A stretch of 64,000 bases of DNA from an uncultured Gammaproteobacteria bacterium. Its GTDB lineage: Bacteria > Patescibacteriota > Microgenomatia > UBA8517. The position numbers and the translations under genes are program-made. The stretch lies in the NCBI GenBank assembly GCA_964431555.1, contig CAYSJW010000009.1, positions 10,413 to 74,412 on the forward strand, in the 5' to 3' direction. Positions 63,450 through 64,000 of the stretch are shown one piece after another. The notes under the pieces are model-generated. The model was not told the origin of the DNA and ran no database searches. It saw only the letters and a program-made list of their open reading frames with translations. Position 1 is the stretch's first letter. Every line of letters begins with the position of its first letter.

Positions 63450-64000
63450 TTATTTTCCTCCAAAGCGCGGTAGTTTTATTCCGGTCATTGCACCTCTTAC
63501 AGCTTCAGTTAGCCTTCCTGCCCTTTCTTTATAATACGCTTCTTTAGCGTAACTTATTGTTTGACCAAACGGCGACCAGAGAGTTCCAGCCGCAGCGCCA
63601 AATGCTGCTCCGATTGCGGTTCCGTAGCCAAAGGGTTTGCCTGCTACTGCGCTTTTAATCATGTCAGCTATTTTTGGAATAAGAGTCATTACTATGACGC
63701 TGGCAATAAGCCAAACAAGATCTAAGTTTTTTCCGAATGGAACGAATGGTGGAAGCCAAGGCGAATTATCTAGTAGATTTGCTTTTGGATCGAAAGGTAT
63801 AGTATTAGAAAATAGATCTGATAGAGGTCCACTAGGTAGTGCTGAAGCTAAAAAGACAAAAGAAATTGCAAGCATGGGACCTATAGTTGCAAAGACAGCT
63901 AGATTGCTGGATATGTTTTTTATCCATTTTACAAAACCTCCGGTAATTATAAATACAGGCCCAGCGATAATTAAAAGGAGTATTGTTATGTAAGTTTTAA
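63450..64000 (-). CDS. Polytopic membrane protein, partial (N-terminus beyond window); possible TrbL/VirB6-like or other T4SS membrane component
   Basis: ORF track gives 63450..63875. The frame stays open upstream to the window end (…YITILLLIIAGPVFIITGGFVKWIKNISSNLAVFATIGP-M…). Gly/Ala-rich C-terminal segment GYGTAIGAAFGAAAGTLW. Confidence 0.4.
   Translation of the reverse strand, partial: KTYITILLLIIAGPVFIITGGFVKWIKNISSNLAVFATIGPMLAISFVFLASALPSGPLSDLFSNTIPFDPKANLLDNSPWLPPFVPFGKNLDLVWLIASVIVMTLIPKIADMIKSAVAGKPFGYGTAIGAAFGAAAGTLWSPFGQTISYAKEAYYKERAGRLTEAVRGAMTGIKLPRFGGK

Larger units (their letters stand above)
54236..64000. mobile_element. Candidate horizontally acquired T4SS/conjugation-like island (boundary near dnaN; extends beyond window end)
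   Basis: GC content by eye ~38-40% versus ~30% in flanking host genes. Gram-positive-type T4SS gene set (PrgI-like, VirB4, VirB6/CHAP). No integrase or relaxase visible inside the window. Confidence 0.3.

Noticed and set aside
1-64000. Possibility that the genome uses genetic code 25 (UGA=Gly), prompted by the TGA at a Gly position in the crp-like gene
   Set aside because: Many long conserved genes (GroEL 542 aa, ValRS 738 aa, helicase-nuclease 997 aa, VirB4 640 aa) are intact under the standard code with no internal TGA. Most genes end in TAA/TAG. Code 25 genomes would show frequent in-frame TGA.
1-64000. CRISPR arrays, rRNA genes, IS elements/transposases
   Set aside because: No regularly spaced direct repeats, no rRNA-like conserved stretches and no transposase/integrase-like ORFs were seen anywhere in the window.

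Overview
The window is a low-GC (roughly 30%) bacterial chromosome segment with a CPR/Patescibacteria-like gene set: short YidC, TsaC-TsaE fusion, FemAB pair, many GT-C membrane glycosyltransferases and generally weak Shine-Dalgarno sequences. It uses the standard genetic code, and long intact ORFs use TAA/TAG/TGA stops. It spans the replication-origin neighbourhood: rpmH-rnpA-yidD-yidC-jag on the minus strand and dnaA-dnaN on the plus strand, with perfect DnaA boxes in the rpmH-dnaA and dnaA-dnaN intergenic regions. Housekeeping genes include metG, valS preceded by a T-box leader, groES-groEL with a degenerate CIRCE operator, tsaC/tsaE-tsaD, rplY(ctc), rnhA, a tRNA-Cys(GCA), hsp20, two HhH-GPD glycosylases, a UvrD/PcrA helicase and a UvrD-helicase fused to a RecB/Cas4-like Fe-S nuclease. 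Cell-envelope functions are heavily represented: five GT-C-type polytopic glycosyltransferase-like proteins, a processive GT2 (QxxRW), a WecA/TagO-like polyprenyl-phosphate GlcNAc-1-P transferase, a UbiA-family (DPPR-synthase-like) prenyltransferase, an LCP ligase, tandem FemAB paralogs, VanW, fasciclin and RDD proteins. Directly downstream of dnaN (about 54.2 kb to the window end) lies a visibly more GC-rich block encoding a Gram-positive-type type IV secretion/conjugation-like module. It contains a PrgI/VirB3-like protein, a VirB4 ATPase apparently split into two ORFs, and an 866-aa protein combining two degenerate J-domain-like repeats, a VirB6-like TM bundle and a C-terminal CHAP peptidoglycan hydrolase. 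Divergently transcribed from the module is an 827-aa highly charged protein, and a control region with direct and inverted repeats sits between them. This block is the most likely candidate for a novel or accessory system. Other oddities: a Crp/Fnr-family regulator interrupted by an in-frame TGA exactly at a conserved Gly codon; a TsaC-TsaE fusion; three adjacent envelope proteins sharing an N-terminal anchor motif; and a 16-nt sequence duplicated upstream of groES and of a solute-binding protein.
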